A stretch of DNA of 64,000 nt, taken from positions 62,001 through 126,000 of IMG/VR virus record IMGVR_UViG_3300027782_000025. The stretch is one strand, 5' to 3'. Made by a program: the position numbers and the translations under genes. Below the pieces are notes generated by a model. It ran no database searches. It was not told the DNA's origin and saw only the letters and a program-made list of their open reading frames with translations. Below are positions 37,782 to 47,627 of this stretch, in pieces. Position 1 is the stretch's first letter. Every line of letters starts with the position of its first letter.

Positions 37782-39259
37782 GTTAAATAAAACCAATTCT
37801 TATTATTTAGTGTAACCACTCTTGAATTAGTAACAGCAATACTACTTCCACCCTGCGTTGGTGGCACGGCCCCACGCGTCCCGCGTGGTGATGGCGGCGG
37901 CGGCGGCGGATCTACAACCGGTGTAGGTGTCAATGGCGTGGGTGTAGGCGTCGGAACATAGGGCGGCGGTACTACGGGTGTAGGCGGTGGGGCTGGAGGA
38001 AATATAGGCGTCGGTGTCGTCGGCGGCTCTGGTGGTTGAAGCGGCGTTGGTGTGCCAGTAGAAGTAGGTGTAGGCGTTGGTTTTGGCGGTACTGGCGGAG
38101 GGTCTGGAAACTGCGTAGCAGAACCGCAAGCAAAAGTTAAACAAAAATCTTGTGCTGGTAAAGCAAATTCAGCATCGCTCAGTTTCTGCGATAGATCTGC
38201 TAAGATCTTGCGAGCCTGATTATCAATGCTAGTTATATATTCCTTAGCTCTGGCACCTAATTCTGCATCAATTTTATTTAAACTCGCCTGATATTCGCTA
38301 ACCACCGCTTTGATATAATCTGATAATGTTAAACTAGAATCGAATTGGACAGGTACATCACTAGAATCTGTAGATCCAGTTGGTAATCGTAGTACAGTTA
38401 AATCAAGCCTTGTAAAATCTCCCGCTGGTTGCTGAAGCTGCCAATCGCTTAGTTTAACTTCATTACAATCTCTAGCATCCGCAGGATAACGCAGATACCT
38501 TTGTAATAAAGAGGCTGACAGCCTATTCGCGGCTCCATTTTGGATATCTAGTTCACTCTTTGTAAAGATCATCTGGTGCCCGCCGCCTTCAAACCCAAGC
38601 AGATTCAAGTCAACAATAGCACTATCAGATAATTCATTAGGTAAGTCATGATATAATATGCCATTGAGATTATAAATAGTCTTCCCGTTGAGTCCTATTC
38701 TTCCATCTACCCCTAGCGGACCTAGGTAATCAAAACCGTGTTTCCCTGGTGGCCCCTCTAGGCCTTTGGGTCCGGTGTCGCCTTTAGACCCTGGTAGATC
38801 AATCGTCAAAGAGTTTAGAAAATTATCGCTTAACGAAAAGTTTAATGCCGGCGGTGTCGGTCCATCAGGAACCAGTATAGCTTTTGATGGCGAACAGTTC
38901 GCAGTGTCTGGTGTCCTGCCGACTGGTGTAAAAACTGAACATGTTATATCGATAGAATCACTAACTAATGTTATATTCCCAGATATTGTGCCGTCGGCGC
39001 CAATGCCAGTTAGACCCGCTTTTGGATCTACTATGATCGAAAAACTACCAGGCGTATCGGTTTGTATAGTATCTATAAAGGCTTTGTCAATTTTGTTGAG
39101 ATAGCCGATTATTTCAGACGAAGCTACTTCAGGCGACTGAGCGACACCTTGACGTTCCCATAGATCATTTGATTTATTATAAACCCATCTAGTATCTCTA
39201 GAATAGTCAATAAATACTTGACCATCATACGGGTATTGTGGTAATAAATTATCAACCAT
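37778..39259 (-). CDS. collagen-repeat tail fibre protein, paralog of N-terminus of the adjacent large fibre
   Basis: LPQYPYDGQVF start, GSKGDTGPKGLEGPPG collagen, Pro/Thr-rich C-terminus. Confidence 0.7.
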   Translation of the reverse strand: MVDNLLPQYPYDGQVFIDYSRDTRWVYNKSNDLWERQGVAQSPEVASSEIIGYLNKIDKAFIDTIQTDTPGSFSIIVDPKAGLTGIGADGTISGNITLVSDSIDITCSVFTPVGRTPDTANCSPSKAILVPDGPTPPALNFSLSDNFLNSLTIDLPGSKGDTGPKGLEGPPGKHGFDYLGPLGVDGRIGLNGKTIYNLNGILYHDLPNELSDSAIVDLNLLGFEGGGHQMIFTKSELDIQNGAANRLSASLLQRYLRYPADARDCNEVKLSDWQLQQPAGDFTRLDLTVLRLPTGSTDSSDVPVQFDSSLTLSDYIKAVVSEYQASLNKIDAELGARAKEYITSIDNQARKILADLSQKLSDAEFALPAQDFCLTFACGSATQFPDPPPVPPKPTPTPTSTGTPTPLQPPEPPTTPTPIFPPAPPPTPVVPPPYVPTPTPTPLTPTPVVDPPPPPPSPRGTRGAVPPTQGGSSIAVTNSRVVTLNNKNWFYLT

Positions 39260-39273
39260 TTAAATTCTCTTGT

Positions 39274-39441
39274 TTATTCGTATTCTTCATCTAATTCATC
39301 TAAATAATCATCATCCACCTCGTCTTCATCTTCAAGATCGTCTTCGTCTATCTCTTCGAAGTCAGAATAGTCATCTTCGGGATTCTCGTCATCACCAAAG
39401 AATTCGAAATCTTCTTCATCATCTCTTTGTGGTATTGGCAT
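39274..39441 (-). CDS. 55-aa highly acidic microprotein (not in ORF track)
   Basis: GGAGG RBS; MPIPQRDDEEDFEFFGDDENPEDDYSDFEEIDEDDLEDEDEVDDDYLDELDEEYE; fills the gap between flanking genes. Confidence 0.75.
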   Translation of the reverse strand: MPIPQRDDEEDFEFFGDDENPEDDYSDFEEIDEDDLEDEDEVDDDYLDELDEEYE

Positions 39442-39453
39442 AATCCCTCCGTT

Positions 39454-39855
39454 CTATTTATTCTCTGTTATTACACGATCCGACAATTTATTTTCGATGA
39501 AATATCCTATTATCAGCAGCGGAATTTGCTCCAATATTCTCCTATCGACTAGTACTCTTTTTCTAGTCATATTAATATAAACCTTATGTCGAATTAGTCT
39601 TTTATATCTTCTAAAATATGTTCCGTGAATGTTTTGTTCAAACGTACTTCTTCGTAAAGCATCATAGAAATCACAAGCATCATCCATATCATGGTATTGG
39701 ATGAGATATTTAACAATATTAACTAGAGTTTCATAAATAGTTTTTATAGGCCAATTTCTGTCGATTTCTGATAGCTTTTCTGCCAACGGATATAGGTATT
39801 TCGGTGTGTCTTCATATCTTATGTCTGGTTTTTCCGACGGAATAATATTTATCAT
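39454..39855 (-). CDS. hypothetical helical protein
   Basis: ATG 39855 or 39876; overlaps NTase 3' end. Confidence 0.55.
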   Translation of the reverse strand: MINIIPSEKPDIRYEDTPKYLYPLAEKLSEIDRNWPIKTIYETLVNIVKYLIQYHDMDDACDFYDALRRSTFEQNIHGTYFRRYKRLIRHKVYINMTRKRVLVDRRILEQIPLLIIGYFIENKLSDRVITENK

Positions 39856-40501
39856 ATAATTTATCACCAATCTCATACATTTTTGTTATGTATCCATTAG
39901 CCCTTAGTTTTTTATATGTAAGATTTTCGGTGCCCATTTCGCCAGAGTTTTCTAAACCACATAGCCTATATCTTGCTACTTTTTCTTGTACACGCTCTAT
40001 GTGCGCCATATTATCTTGGCTGGGTTCCAACTTATAAAGATCATCGATAATCTTTTTGATTTTATAATATTTATACTTTGAAGGTTTTTCGACTCTTTTT
40101 TGAGGGCTAGGGCTTTTTATCCAAGTATCATCTATTAGACTATACACGGCGTTTGCTACTAATTCAGCATCTATATCTTGAAAATAAACTTCTACGTCAT
40201 AATTAAGAACATCGACTTGATGCCTGTCATTCCAAATGGTCTTTATTTGGTTAAGAAAATCCTCTACATATGTCTGCCCAATATCTAATTCATCGAATTT
40301 CACTATGAAGTGAAGGTCAAGATCAGAATGACTGGTATAATTATATCCGGCTAGACTGCCAGTAAATATTATGTCGTTTACTTTATCCTTCGGAATTTTT
40401 GAGTCCCTAAGTATGCGGTGTGATAATTTTAATAGAGCATCTCTAACTTCTCGGCGCAACCGATTATTAACCCATATGTCTGTATTCAATTTAGAATGCA
40501 T
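39812..40501 (-). CDS. Pol-beta superfamily nucleotidyltransferase
   Basis: FTGSLAGYNY...SDLDLH...DVEVY (GS, DxD, third acidic residue). Confidence 0.85.
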   Translation of the reverse strand: MHSKLNTDIWVNNRLRREVRDALLKLSHRILRDSKIPKDKVNDIIFTGSLAGYNYTSHSDLDLHFIVKFDELDIGQTYVEDFLNQIKTIWNDRHQVDVLNYDVEVYFQDIDAELVANAVYSLIDDTWIKSPSPQKRVEKPSKYKYYKIKKIIDDLYKLEPSQDNMAHIERVQEKVARYRLCGLENSGEMGTENLTYKKLRANGYITKMYEIGDKLYDKYYSVGKTRHKI

Positions 40502-40517
40502 TAATAGATCCTCTGAT

Positions 40518-40526
40518 TATATTTAA
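40518..40526 (-). promoter_or_regulatory. putative late promoter (TTAAATATA)
   Basis: TAAATATA ahead of GAGG RBS of NTase gene. Confidence 0.5.
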
Positions 40527-40541
40527 GTGACGGAGATCAAA

Positions 40542-40958
40542 ATGAGAACATTAGAAGTGCTTCTATCGGTTTCAAACAAACCCAAAACCGATAACGGCAT
40601 AGTAAAGACTGATGTTAAATTTTCGTGGCTAGATGGAAGCCCTATACCATTAAGTTTTAATAATCTTTGTGTCATAGGATTAAAAACGCTTTTTAAAAAG
40701 AGAGAAATCGTCGACGGCCCGATAGAAATCATCATGCGTGACATCGCTAATATTGATGAACCGGTTACAAAGATAAACAACATACGGGGAAGACGTTTCT
40801 TCATGACAACCGAAGATAACAAAGCATATTTTTGGCTGTGTAATGGTATAAAAACCGACTTGTTTTTTAATCTGGAAAAAGAGGAGCAAGAGATTTTGAA
40901 TTGGCTCCTGCCCCCTAGAGAAGGCGAAACGAAATGGTTTGATCTTATCGCCTATTAA
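40542..40958 (+). CDS. hypothetical protein
   Basis: ATG 40542 with GGAG RBS (track GTG 40527). Confidence 0.6.
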   Translation: MRTLEVLLSVSNKPKTDNGIVKTDVKFSWLDGSPIPLSFNNLCVIGLKTLFKKREIVDGPIEIIMRDIANIDEPVTKINNIRGRRFFMTTEDNKAYFWLCNGIKTDLFFNLEKEEQEILNWLLPPREGETKWFDLIAY

Positions 40959-42069
40959 CATCAAAATAGAGATCACCATCGGTCACTTTAGACCTATGAA
41001 TAATGTAACCGTTATCCTCTAAATAACTATTTATCGTTACACCAGCGCCTATTCCGTTGTAGCTTATGCAATTTTTATCGAAGATATGAAATGAAAAAAT
41101 TCCATCGCTACCTCTGATTTTACCGTACCAATCTCTAGCAAAATCAAAATTATCAACATGTTTATTAGTAGAATCGTGACATCTTGCACACGACTTGCTG
41201 GTTACCTCTATAAAATCGGCATCATACTTAACCGGCACTATACCAAAGCCTTCTTCGATCGTGACTGTTGTCGGCCCGTCTGATTTGCCATTCCATGATG
41301 TACCGACTGCAGAGCGAAATGGCCTACTCTTTAGTAGACTAGCAGCCTTTTCTTTTGATATGCCGGGAAGAATAATCCTCTGTATTTTAGAACTAAAAAC
41401 CCGTCGATTTGGCTGAGAATCTTCAAGGATCATTGCGTCTTTATTCAGCATATCTGCACCAACATAAAGCCTTACTAACTCATCATCCTTCCTATAATCG
41501 GTAAAATTCTTAACAATTTGTTCGCGTAATTCCGAAGCGCTATTATAAGGCCGCAAAGTGTCAATAATCCATGTCTCTTTGCTCTTGGTACGTGTCCTTA
41601 TTTCGAAGCAATCACCAATTTGGTATAGTATTTCTCCGAACACAGTCCCCCTAGGATATATCCAATTATAACCATCATTGGCTATGTATTCGTATGCTAT
41701 TGGAATGGTTTTACCATCTAATTTAGGAAGGCTCATAAATTTAATAGTCGAGACGCCGTCTGTGCGGTGCGTCCCAGCAGGCTTACCCCATGGGAATTCT
41801 TTATTTCCATTGCCATGCGGCTCTGAGCGATTGGCACTTATGTTATAGATAGGGCTGTGAATACCCCTCAAAGAGCCACGGAAGTCTTGGTACGCCATAG
41901 GTAACGTTTCAGTATCATAGAATCTAATCTGATCAGAGAAGAGTATCTTAGAAAGGCTTTCAGACTCTATTTTTGGTAACCCCAATATGATTTGCTTTGC
42001 TTTGATCTGATCGTAGAAAAAATCCTGCGAAACTGCTGCCGTTACAGCCAGAAAAATAACTCCATACAT
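40945..42069 (-). CDS. exported protein with CxxCH heme-binding motif
   Basis: signal-like MYGVIFLAVTAAVSQ; KSCARCHD; AGGAGG RBS. Confidence 0.65.
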   Translation of the reverse strand: MYGVIFLAVTAAVSQDFFYDQIKAKQIILGLPKIESESLSKILFSDQIRFYDTETLPMAYQDFRGSLRGIHSPIYNISANRSEPHGNGNKEFPWGKPAGTHRTDGVSTIKFMSLPKLDGKTIPIAYEYIANDGYNWIYPRGTVFGEILYQIGDCFEIRTRTKSKETWIIDTLRPYNSASELREQIVKNFTDYRKDDELVRLYVGADMLNKDAMILEDSQPNRRVFSSKIQRIILPGISKEKAASLLKSRPFRSAVGTSWNGKSDGPTTVTIEEGFGIVPVKYDADFIEVTSKSCARCHDSTNKHVDNFDFARDWYGKIRGSDGIFSFHIFDKNCISYNGIGAGVTINSYLEDNGYIIHRSKVTDGDLYFDVNRR

Positions 42070-42100
42070 AATACCGACCTCCTGCTATTAGGCAGGATTG

Positions 42101-42466
42101 TCAGGAATCACTATCCTGATCATCAGACTCCTGCCTCATATCTTTATAATACTCAGCGAAGGCCTTCAAGGCCATGCCGGTGAGGCCATGGATAGGAGCT
42201 ATAAATTCAGCATTGCATATTTCTAGGCGCTCAGCGACTTCAAAGACATCCTTGCCGTTGTCGCTCTTTCCGTTTAATTCGACACCTAATAATTTATATT
42301 TTAATTCTTCTATAATTTCAGTGACATCCTTGCCTACTAAGTTATTTTCCATCTCTACAAGTATTTTACCATTTCTTCCATATAATTTATAATGTATACC
42401 GTATAAATTTGTGGTGGCTTCGATTTCATATTCCTGATACTCTGAATCGTCTTCAGGCTTATCCAT
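42101..42466 (-). CDS. hypothetical protein
   Basis: 121 aa, GGAGG RBS. Confidence 0.65.
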   Translation of the reverse strand: MDKPEDDSEYQEYEIEATTNLYGIHYKLYGRNGKILVEMENNLVGKDVTEIIEELKYKLLGVELNGKSDNGKDVFEVAERLEICNAEFIAPIHGLTGMALKAFAEYYKDMRQESDDQDSDS

Positions 42467-42468
42467 TT

Positions 42469-43887
42469 CTACCTCCAGCTTTCATTTCCTTCTTCTTCGT
42501 CGTCGTCCCCAAGATGGCGTTCATCATCGCCTAATTCTTCGTCGCCATCATTATAGTCTTCCTGATATCCTGCTTCATTTTCGTCATTATCCTCTTCTCG
42601 CATTGATCTTTCGAGCAATTCTATAAGAGCCTGTTCTGTAGTCGTCCCTTTAGATGGACGACCTTCGGCCATATTATCAGCTAGACCCATCATAATGACA
42701 TGTAATTCCTTAGGATGGGCTGACGCCATGTGCATAACCACATGTGCTAGCTTTGATTTATGCTGAGCAGGAATAATAGACAATAATTCCTTCCAGATTT
42801 TAGGTCCGATCTGGATTTGCGGAAATTCGTTCGCCAAAGTATCTGCCAATCTTATAGCTTCTTTAGAAATCTTTTTATCGACATCAGTAAACTGATGCTG
42901 GGCCAATAAGGTCATTAAGCCTTTAACTAATTCTTGTAAGAGAACAGGAAAGCAAGCAGCTTCAGCTTGAACGGTATCGCCTTTCACCTTAGCTGTTCCC
43001 ATCGCCTGTCCTAAAGATGCGCCGAGCATCATATTCAGATCATAAATCCAATAATGATGAGATGCACCTCTGCCAAAAGCCGAATATAATTGTTGCAGCT
43101 CTGGCGATAGGCGGCCAACCGCATCCATCACTTCTTCTTCAAAATGTCCATTGTGCATGTTATGAATAGCGGATCCTTGGGACAGCAGATTCATCATATG
43201 ACGTTTACCAACTTGCTCTTGAAGCTCCGGAGTCATTTGAACCTTCTCATCGCCGCTCTCATTGTCATCATCATTATCATCTGGTTCAGGCTGTGGCTGC
43301 CTTAGAAATGCTTTTAGAGTCTCTTCGGGACATCCGTATAATTTAGCAACTGCTCTTACTGCTATCTTTTCTAACTGTTTTTTAAATGGCTGTTCTAATG
43401 ACATCATTTTCTGTAGTGCTCGACCAGTTAGCTGACCTAATTGCTGGCGCCGGCGATCTGGAGGTAAATCTTTTAATTCTGGAAATGTTTTAAACAAAGT
43501 GCTATTACTGTCATTATAACCTTGTTCTGCTAATTTAGAACCATGCTTTTTAACCATTTCATGGTCTGTAAATGATACGCCTGGGTGGCCCTTTTCCCAC
43601 ATTTCTTGTGTTCTTGGATGTGTGAACTCACGATATGCTTCATTAATAATGGTCTTTTTAAAGGCTTTTGGCTTTGGTTTAACGTCTGGTGCAGGATTTT
43701 TAAAAGGGTTTTTGGTAGGACTCTCACTTGGCGGAGCTTTAGGCACTATGACCGGTGCTGTTGCTGGGCCAGAAGAGCCCATTGCTTCATCATCATCTTC
43801 ATGCTTTTTTGTAGGATCTGCAAAGACATTTGGATCTTCAGTTAAAAATTTAGCGATGTCATTAACGTCATACTTATCATTCTTCAT
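42469..43887 (-). CDS. helical phage protein with acidic linkers, probable internal head protein
   Basis: 472 aa; FLTED and IINEAY near N-terminus; acidic tail. Confidence 0.6.
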   Translation of the reverse strand: MKNDKYDVNDIAKFLTEDPNVFADPTKKHEDDDEAMGSSGPATAPVIVPKAPPSESPTKNPFKNPAPDVKPKPKAFKKTIINEAYREFTHPRTQEMWEKGHPGVSFTDHEMVKKHGSKLAEQGYNDSNSTLFKTFPELKDLPPDRRRQQLGQLTGRALQKMMSLEQPFKKQLEKIAVRAVAKLYGCPEETLKAFLRQPQPEPDDNDDDNESGDEKVQMTPELQEQVGKRHMMNLLSQGSAIHNMHNGHFEEEVMDAVGRLSPELQQLYSAFGRGASHHYWIYDLNMMLGASLGQAMGTAKVKGDTVQAEAACFPVLLQELVKGLMTLLAQHQFTDVDKKISKEAIRLADTLANEFPQIQIGPKIWKELLSIIPAQHKSKLAHVVMHMASAHPKELHVIMMGLADNMAEGRPSKGTTTEQALIELLERSMREEDNDENEAGYQEDYNDGDEELGDDERHLGDDDEEEGNESWR

Positions 43888-43916
43888 ATCATACTCCGTT
43901 GCTAATGGTTAAATTA

Positions 43917-44357
43917 TTAAGACCTTATGGTATTATTAAACCTCTTATATAATTTATCCATCATAGCCATATAGGTATCTTTTCCACCAAGTGTCAGACG
44001 GACGATGTCTGAATCATCTACAATCCCGCCTCGGTCTGGGAAGTATTCCTCACAAGCCACGGTTTCTTCATGGGCATAAAAAAGGTGGGGAACGAGAGAC
44101 GGCACAACCAGCTTATTGCCATCGGTTAAAATGTGATGCTTCTTTTCCGGACCATAAAATTCGATGATTTCTAAATTACCTGTCTTTACTACGAATTCAT
44201 TCGATCGGTGAGTATGATAGTGCAAAGAACAATAACCACCTTTTTCAATATTTAATAGATGCTTACTATATCTCTGACAGGTAAAAACTACATCCGTGTT
44301 TCCCCATATCTTGTTGTTTTCATACCCATCATATAAATAGTAAGGAATTTCTGACAT
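43917..44357 (-). CDS. cupin (mannose-6-phosphate isomerase-like)
   Basis: KIWG...CSLHYH...EFVVKTG...PSLVPHLF. Confidence 0.8.
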   Translation of the reverse strand: MSEIPYYLYDGYENNKIWGNTDVVFTCQRYSKHLLNIEKGGYCSLHYHTHRSNEFVVKTGNLEIIEFYGPEKKHHILTDGNKLVVPSLVPHLFYAHEETVACEEYFPDRGGIVDDSDIVRLTLGGKDTYMAMMDKLYKRFNNTIRS

Positions 44358-44379
44358 TATGATCTCCTGCCAAAAGATA

Positions 44380-44616
44380 TTATCTATTTATCAACGTAGG
44401 TGTCTTGCTATTAGCAGAGGCTAACTGCTCTATTTTTTTGACCATTTGCCCAGCGTTTCTAGCATATCGTCGTTTTATTTCACCAACACGCCCATCGCCT
44501 GTTAAATACTGATAAATGTTACCGTTAGGAAAAGCGATCTTTACTTTTCCTGTGCCATCCCAATAGATCATGGTCGGCTTGGCGATACTAGTTTCTAATA
44601 ACATACTAATTTTCAT
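44380..44616 (-). CDS. small protein, KTSC-like N-half
   Basis: IYWDG...VKIAFPNGNIYQY; starts MKISMLLE. Confidence 0.5.
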   Translation of the reverse strand: MKISMLLETSIAKPTMIYWDGTGKVKIAFPNGNIYQYLTGDGRVGEIKRRYARNAGQMVKKIEQLASANSKTPTLINR

Positions 44617-44630
44617 TATGATTTACCATT

Positions 44631-45662
44631 TTAGTAATCTCTATCCTTTTTTTGCTTAGATGACTGGACCAAGATTTCCCTTGCTAAATCTCCAGCACTA
44701 TGTATGTCGGCTGAATTTATATCAGCCGCTAGCCCATATATGTTAAATAATATCGAGCCAGTGCCTACTGGCCTCACATCTTTGATGCTTCGATAACCAT
44801 CAATAATTTGCTTATCAGCCAAATAAGAATACATCTCACCAATGTGTTTGATCTCTGACATCTGATCTAAACTAAACTCCATTATTATTTCCTGCCTATA
44901 GTTATTATAGAATCTAATGCTATCTTCTGTAAATTGGATACCTCCGCCACCGGTTTCAAAGACCGCTACATTATAAACCCTATTAAATTCATTGTCATCG
45001 ATCTGCAATTTAAACCCGCCTCCAAAGTCTCGCCACCTATAAGATATAGCCTCATCGTTTAAAAATCTCATACCATTAATGTAATTTGCATATTTCGGAT
45101 AATCTACCGTCACCTCGTTAGTGGTCCTTTTCGCGAATTCATCGAGGTTTTGTGGTGTGGTTAAGTCTTCTATGGCTGTTCGCACTATGAAACCATTCGG
45201 CCTTAATACATCGATGTTTTTAGGGGTGACTGTAATGATTCGTTTAGGATCTCCTTTTTGGGCGCCATTAACAGGTAGTTTTAACTTATCACTCAACACG
45301 AATTTTTTAAAACTTGCCCAATCGGTCGAACCTTTTGTAGCTGCCATTTTGGCTTTAGCTTGATCTATACTTAGTAACCTCTTTTGCTCATGCTCTTGTA
45401 CTTCACGAGCTAGTTTCTGTTCCGCTTCTAAAGCCGCATCGAGATCTTCTTGAGTCCGAGCATATTTTAGAATAGCTTCCTTTTCCCATAATATAGAGTT
45501 TATTAGTGAGCTAATATTCTCGTCCGCCAAGCTATGGTTTCCGGTATCTCTAAAATCTATCGCCCTCTCTAACTTATCTAGCATTTGGGCCATACCGGCT
45601 TTAAGGCGGTCCAAGTCATGCCTGCTTATCGTAGCTTCTGTAATGATTTGTTTTATTTTCAT
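44631..45662 (-). CDS. hypothetical protein, probable internal head protein
   Basis: starts MKIKQIITEA; coiled-coil N-half. Confidence 0.65.
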   Translation of the reverse strand: MKIKQIITEATISRHDLDRLKAGMAQMLDKLERAIDFRDTGNHSLADENISSLINSILWEKEAILKYARTQEDLDAALEAEQKLAREVQEHEQKRLLSIDQAKAKMAATKGSTDWASFKKFVLSDKLKLPVNGAQKGDPKRIITVTPKNIDVLRPNGFIVRTAIEDLTTPQNLDEFAKRTTNEVTVDYPKYANYINGMRFLNDEAISYRWRDFGGGFKLQIDDNEFNRVYNVAVFETGGGGIQFTEDSIRFYNNYRQEIIMEFSLDQMSEIKHIGEMYSYLADKQIIDGYRSIKDVRPVGTGSILFNIYGLAADINSADIHSAGDLAREILVQSSKQKKDRDY

Positions 45663-45672
45663 AGTTAATTCT

Positions 45673-47562
45673 TTAGACTAAAGCCTCCAAACGTTGAATC
45701 CGTCTCAATCGCCTTGTCGCGATTTGCCGAGTGTCTTGATGCGTGCTTTGGGATAGCTGTAATAATGTCTCTTTATCTCTTGTCTCTCGCGCTATATCGA
45801 TTTGCGTGATTTCATCGTATGAATTTATATTTAAAATAGTCTGAATTAATATTCTTACTGCCCTTACTGTCTTTTGATCAGCAAACCTGCTGCTATTGAC
45901 TGCAGGCAAATTATCATAAATATATCTCAGTTGCTCATGTTCGAGGCTAAGTATAATTTTAAGGACATTGTTTAAGGCATTCGAAAATAAATTTTCACCA
46001 GATCTCATATGCCTGCTGTTTAAACATGGCGCTATTATTCTTGCCATATCGATAGAGTTTTGTTTTGAAGCAATAATGCTATTATTTTGCGCGATTTTAT
46101 AATAATATTCTATGAACTTCATCGCCATATTAGAGAATACCTCTTCATTATATGTCTCACTAAAACACATATCCGAGTATAACTTATATAAATCATTTAT
46201 AGGAATGCAATATAGAATCGTCTCAGGATATAGGCCATCTCTCGCATCGCCGACAGAACCATCGGCTGCAGCTTTACATATGTGCTCGGCATAGGGCGTT
46301 AAAGCACTGCTCACAGCATTAAAATTTGAAAGCGCTAAAACGTATCTTCTGTATAAAAGATGAAACTCAGAAATTGGTAGTTTTAAAATCGTCTCTAGAA
46401 ATGATTCTGGGTCATAAACACTACGATATGATGCTAAGCATGCATTGTCAGTACCAGCCAGCTCTAACCATTGGCCTTGCCCTATCCCTTTAGATTCAAA
46501 TGCGGCATAATTACTAATCATTTTATTATAAAGTTTAAGCTGATACCCAGTACCAGTCAACCTAGTGTAAATGCTCTTTAATGTGGTATACCTCAGATTA
46601 CTTATGTCCATTTCTAATATTTGAGACATATTGTCACCGATTAACTTTAGTAAGATTTCATCAGCTTTATCTTCAGACATGAATTTTGAAAATCGGTTAA
46701 AATATTCTTTATCCCAATCAATTCGGTCTACGAATTTTGCGACATATTTCGTGTTCTCTTCTAAAATCTTTAAAAAATCATCTCCTGTCACCTTATAATC
46801 AGTAGTAACCAACCAATCGAGAACAGCTTTCTGATATTTTGGAACTGGCTGTCTATTTTGTCTACCTTTTATTTCAGATATTTTATTATAATCGATAATT
46901 CTTATATCGACAAATGGTCTATTACTAGCATTTCTCATACTCATCACCGACTGGCCCTTGGTATCGAATATATATGATCTGATACAATTCTGCATTAGTT
47001 TTCCTTCTAACTCTGCATCATCCCTATGGAGCGGTACAAAGAACCACTGACCAATCTGGACTGTACCCTCTGTTTCGATACCATGTTTATGAACACCGTA
47101 ATTGGCTGAAATATTTTGTATTCTTTCATGCCATTCCTGAGAGCTAGCCATGGCTCTTTCTAATGATAGATCCTTTACATCCTCTAAGTCCATCTCATTC
47201 GCTTCGAAATAATCAAATATTCCATTTTCTATTGGGACTTCATCTTGAGCTTCTTTCCATACCTTTAAAATCCACTGATAGTATCTCCGGCTTAGTTCTT
47301 GGGCTCTCTTTTGCATCTGTTCATATCTAATGTGGCCTTCGGACTTCTGGGTTTGCTTAGCAAAAGGATCTAAGTCTTGGACTAAAGAAATGGCTTCAGG
47401 CGTGATTTCTGTGATTACATTTGTAGCAAGACCGAATAGTAATTTTTCGGCGTTTTTAGCATCTATGTTTATAGCGGCATTAATATTAGCTTCGCCTACT
47501 TGTTCGCCATATTTTTTGTTTAAATAATTAAATTGGCTTTCTAATATTATCGACAAATTCAT
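45673..47562 (-). CDS. PcfJ-like domain protein, probable internal head protein
   Basis: SQEWH...LEGKLMQNCI...SMRNASNRPFVDI...EIKGRQN; starts MNLSIILES. Confidence 0.7.
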   Translation of the reverse strand: MNLSIILESQFNYLNKKYGEQVGEANINAAINIDAKNAEKLLFGLATNVITEITPEAISLVQDLDPFAKQTQKSEGHIRYEQMQKRAQELSRRYYQWILKVWKEAQDEVPIENGIFDYFEANEMDLEDVKDLSLERAMASSQEWHERIQNISANYGVHKHGIETEGTVQIGQWFFVPLHRDDAELEGKLMQNCIRSYIFDTKGQSVMSMRNASNRPFVDIRIIDYNKISEIKGRQNRQPVPKYQKAVLDWLVTTDYKVTGDDFLKILEENTKYVAKFVDRIDWDKEYFNRFSKFMSEDKADEILLKLIGDNMSQILEMDISNLRYTTLKSIYTRLTGTGYQLKLYNKMISNYAAFESKGIGQGQWLELAGTDNACLASYRSVYDPESFLETILKLPISEFHLLYRRYVLALSNFNAVSSALTPYAEHICKAAADGSVGDARDGLYPETILYCIPINDLYKLYSDMCFSETYNEEVFSNMAMKFIEYYYKIAQNNSIIASKQNSIDMARIIAPCLNSRHMRSGENLFSNALNNVLKIILSLEHEQLRYIYDNLPAVNSSRFADQKTVRAVRILIQTILNINSYDEITQIDIARETRDKETLLQLSQSTHQDTRQIATRRLRRIQRLEALV

Positions 47563-47627
47563 GTTTATATCCTTCTTTCAAAACCTTTTTGGCTATTTTA
47601 TCACGATACTGCGTGACCTGACGCACA

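Noticed and set aside
37778-37796. Programmed frameshift fusing the two collagen fibre genes
   Set aside because: Junction is an ordinary ATGA start-stop overlap and the second gene has its own paralogous N-terminus
47601-47625. Mutually exclusive hairpins (TCACG/CGTGA and TGCGT/ACGCA) as an RNA switch
   Set aside because: Only 5-bp stems; cannot be distinguished from chance
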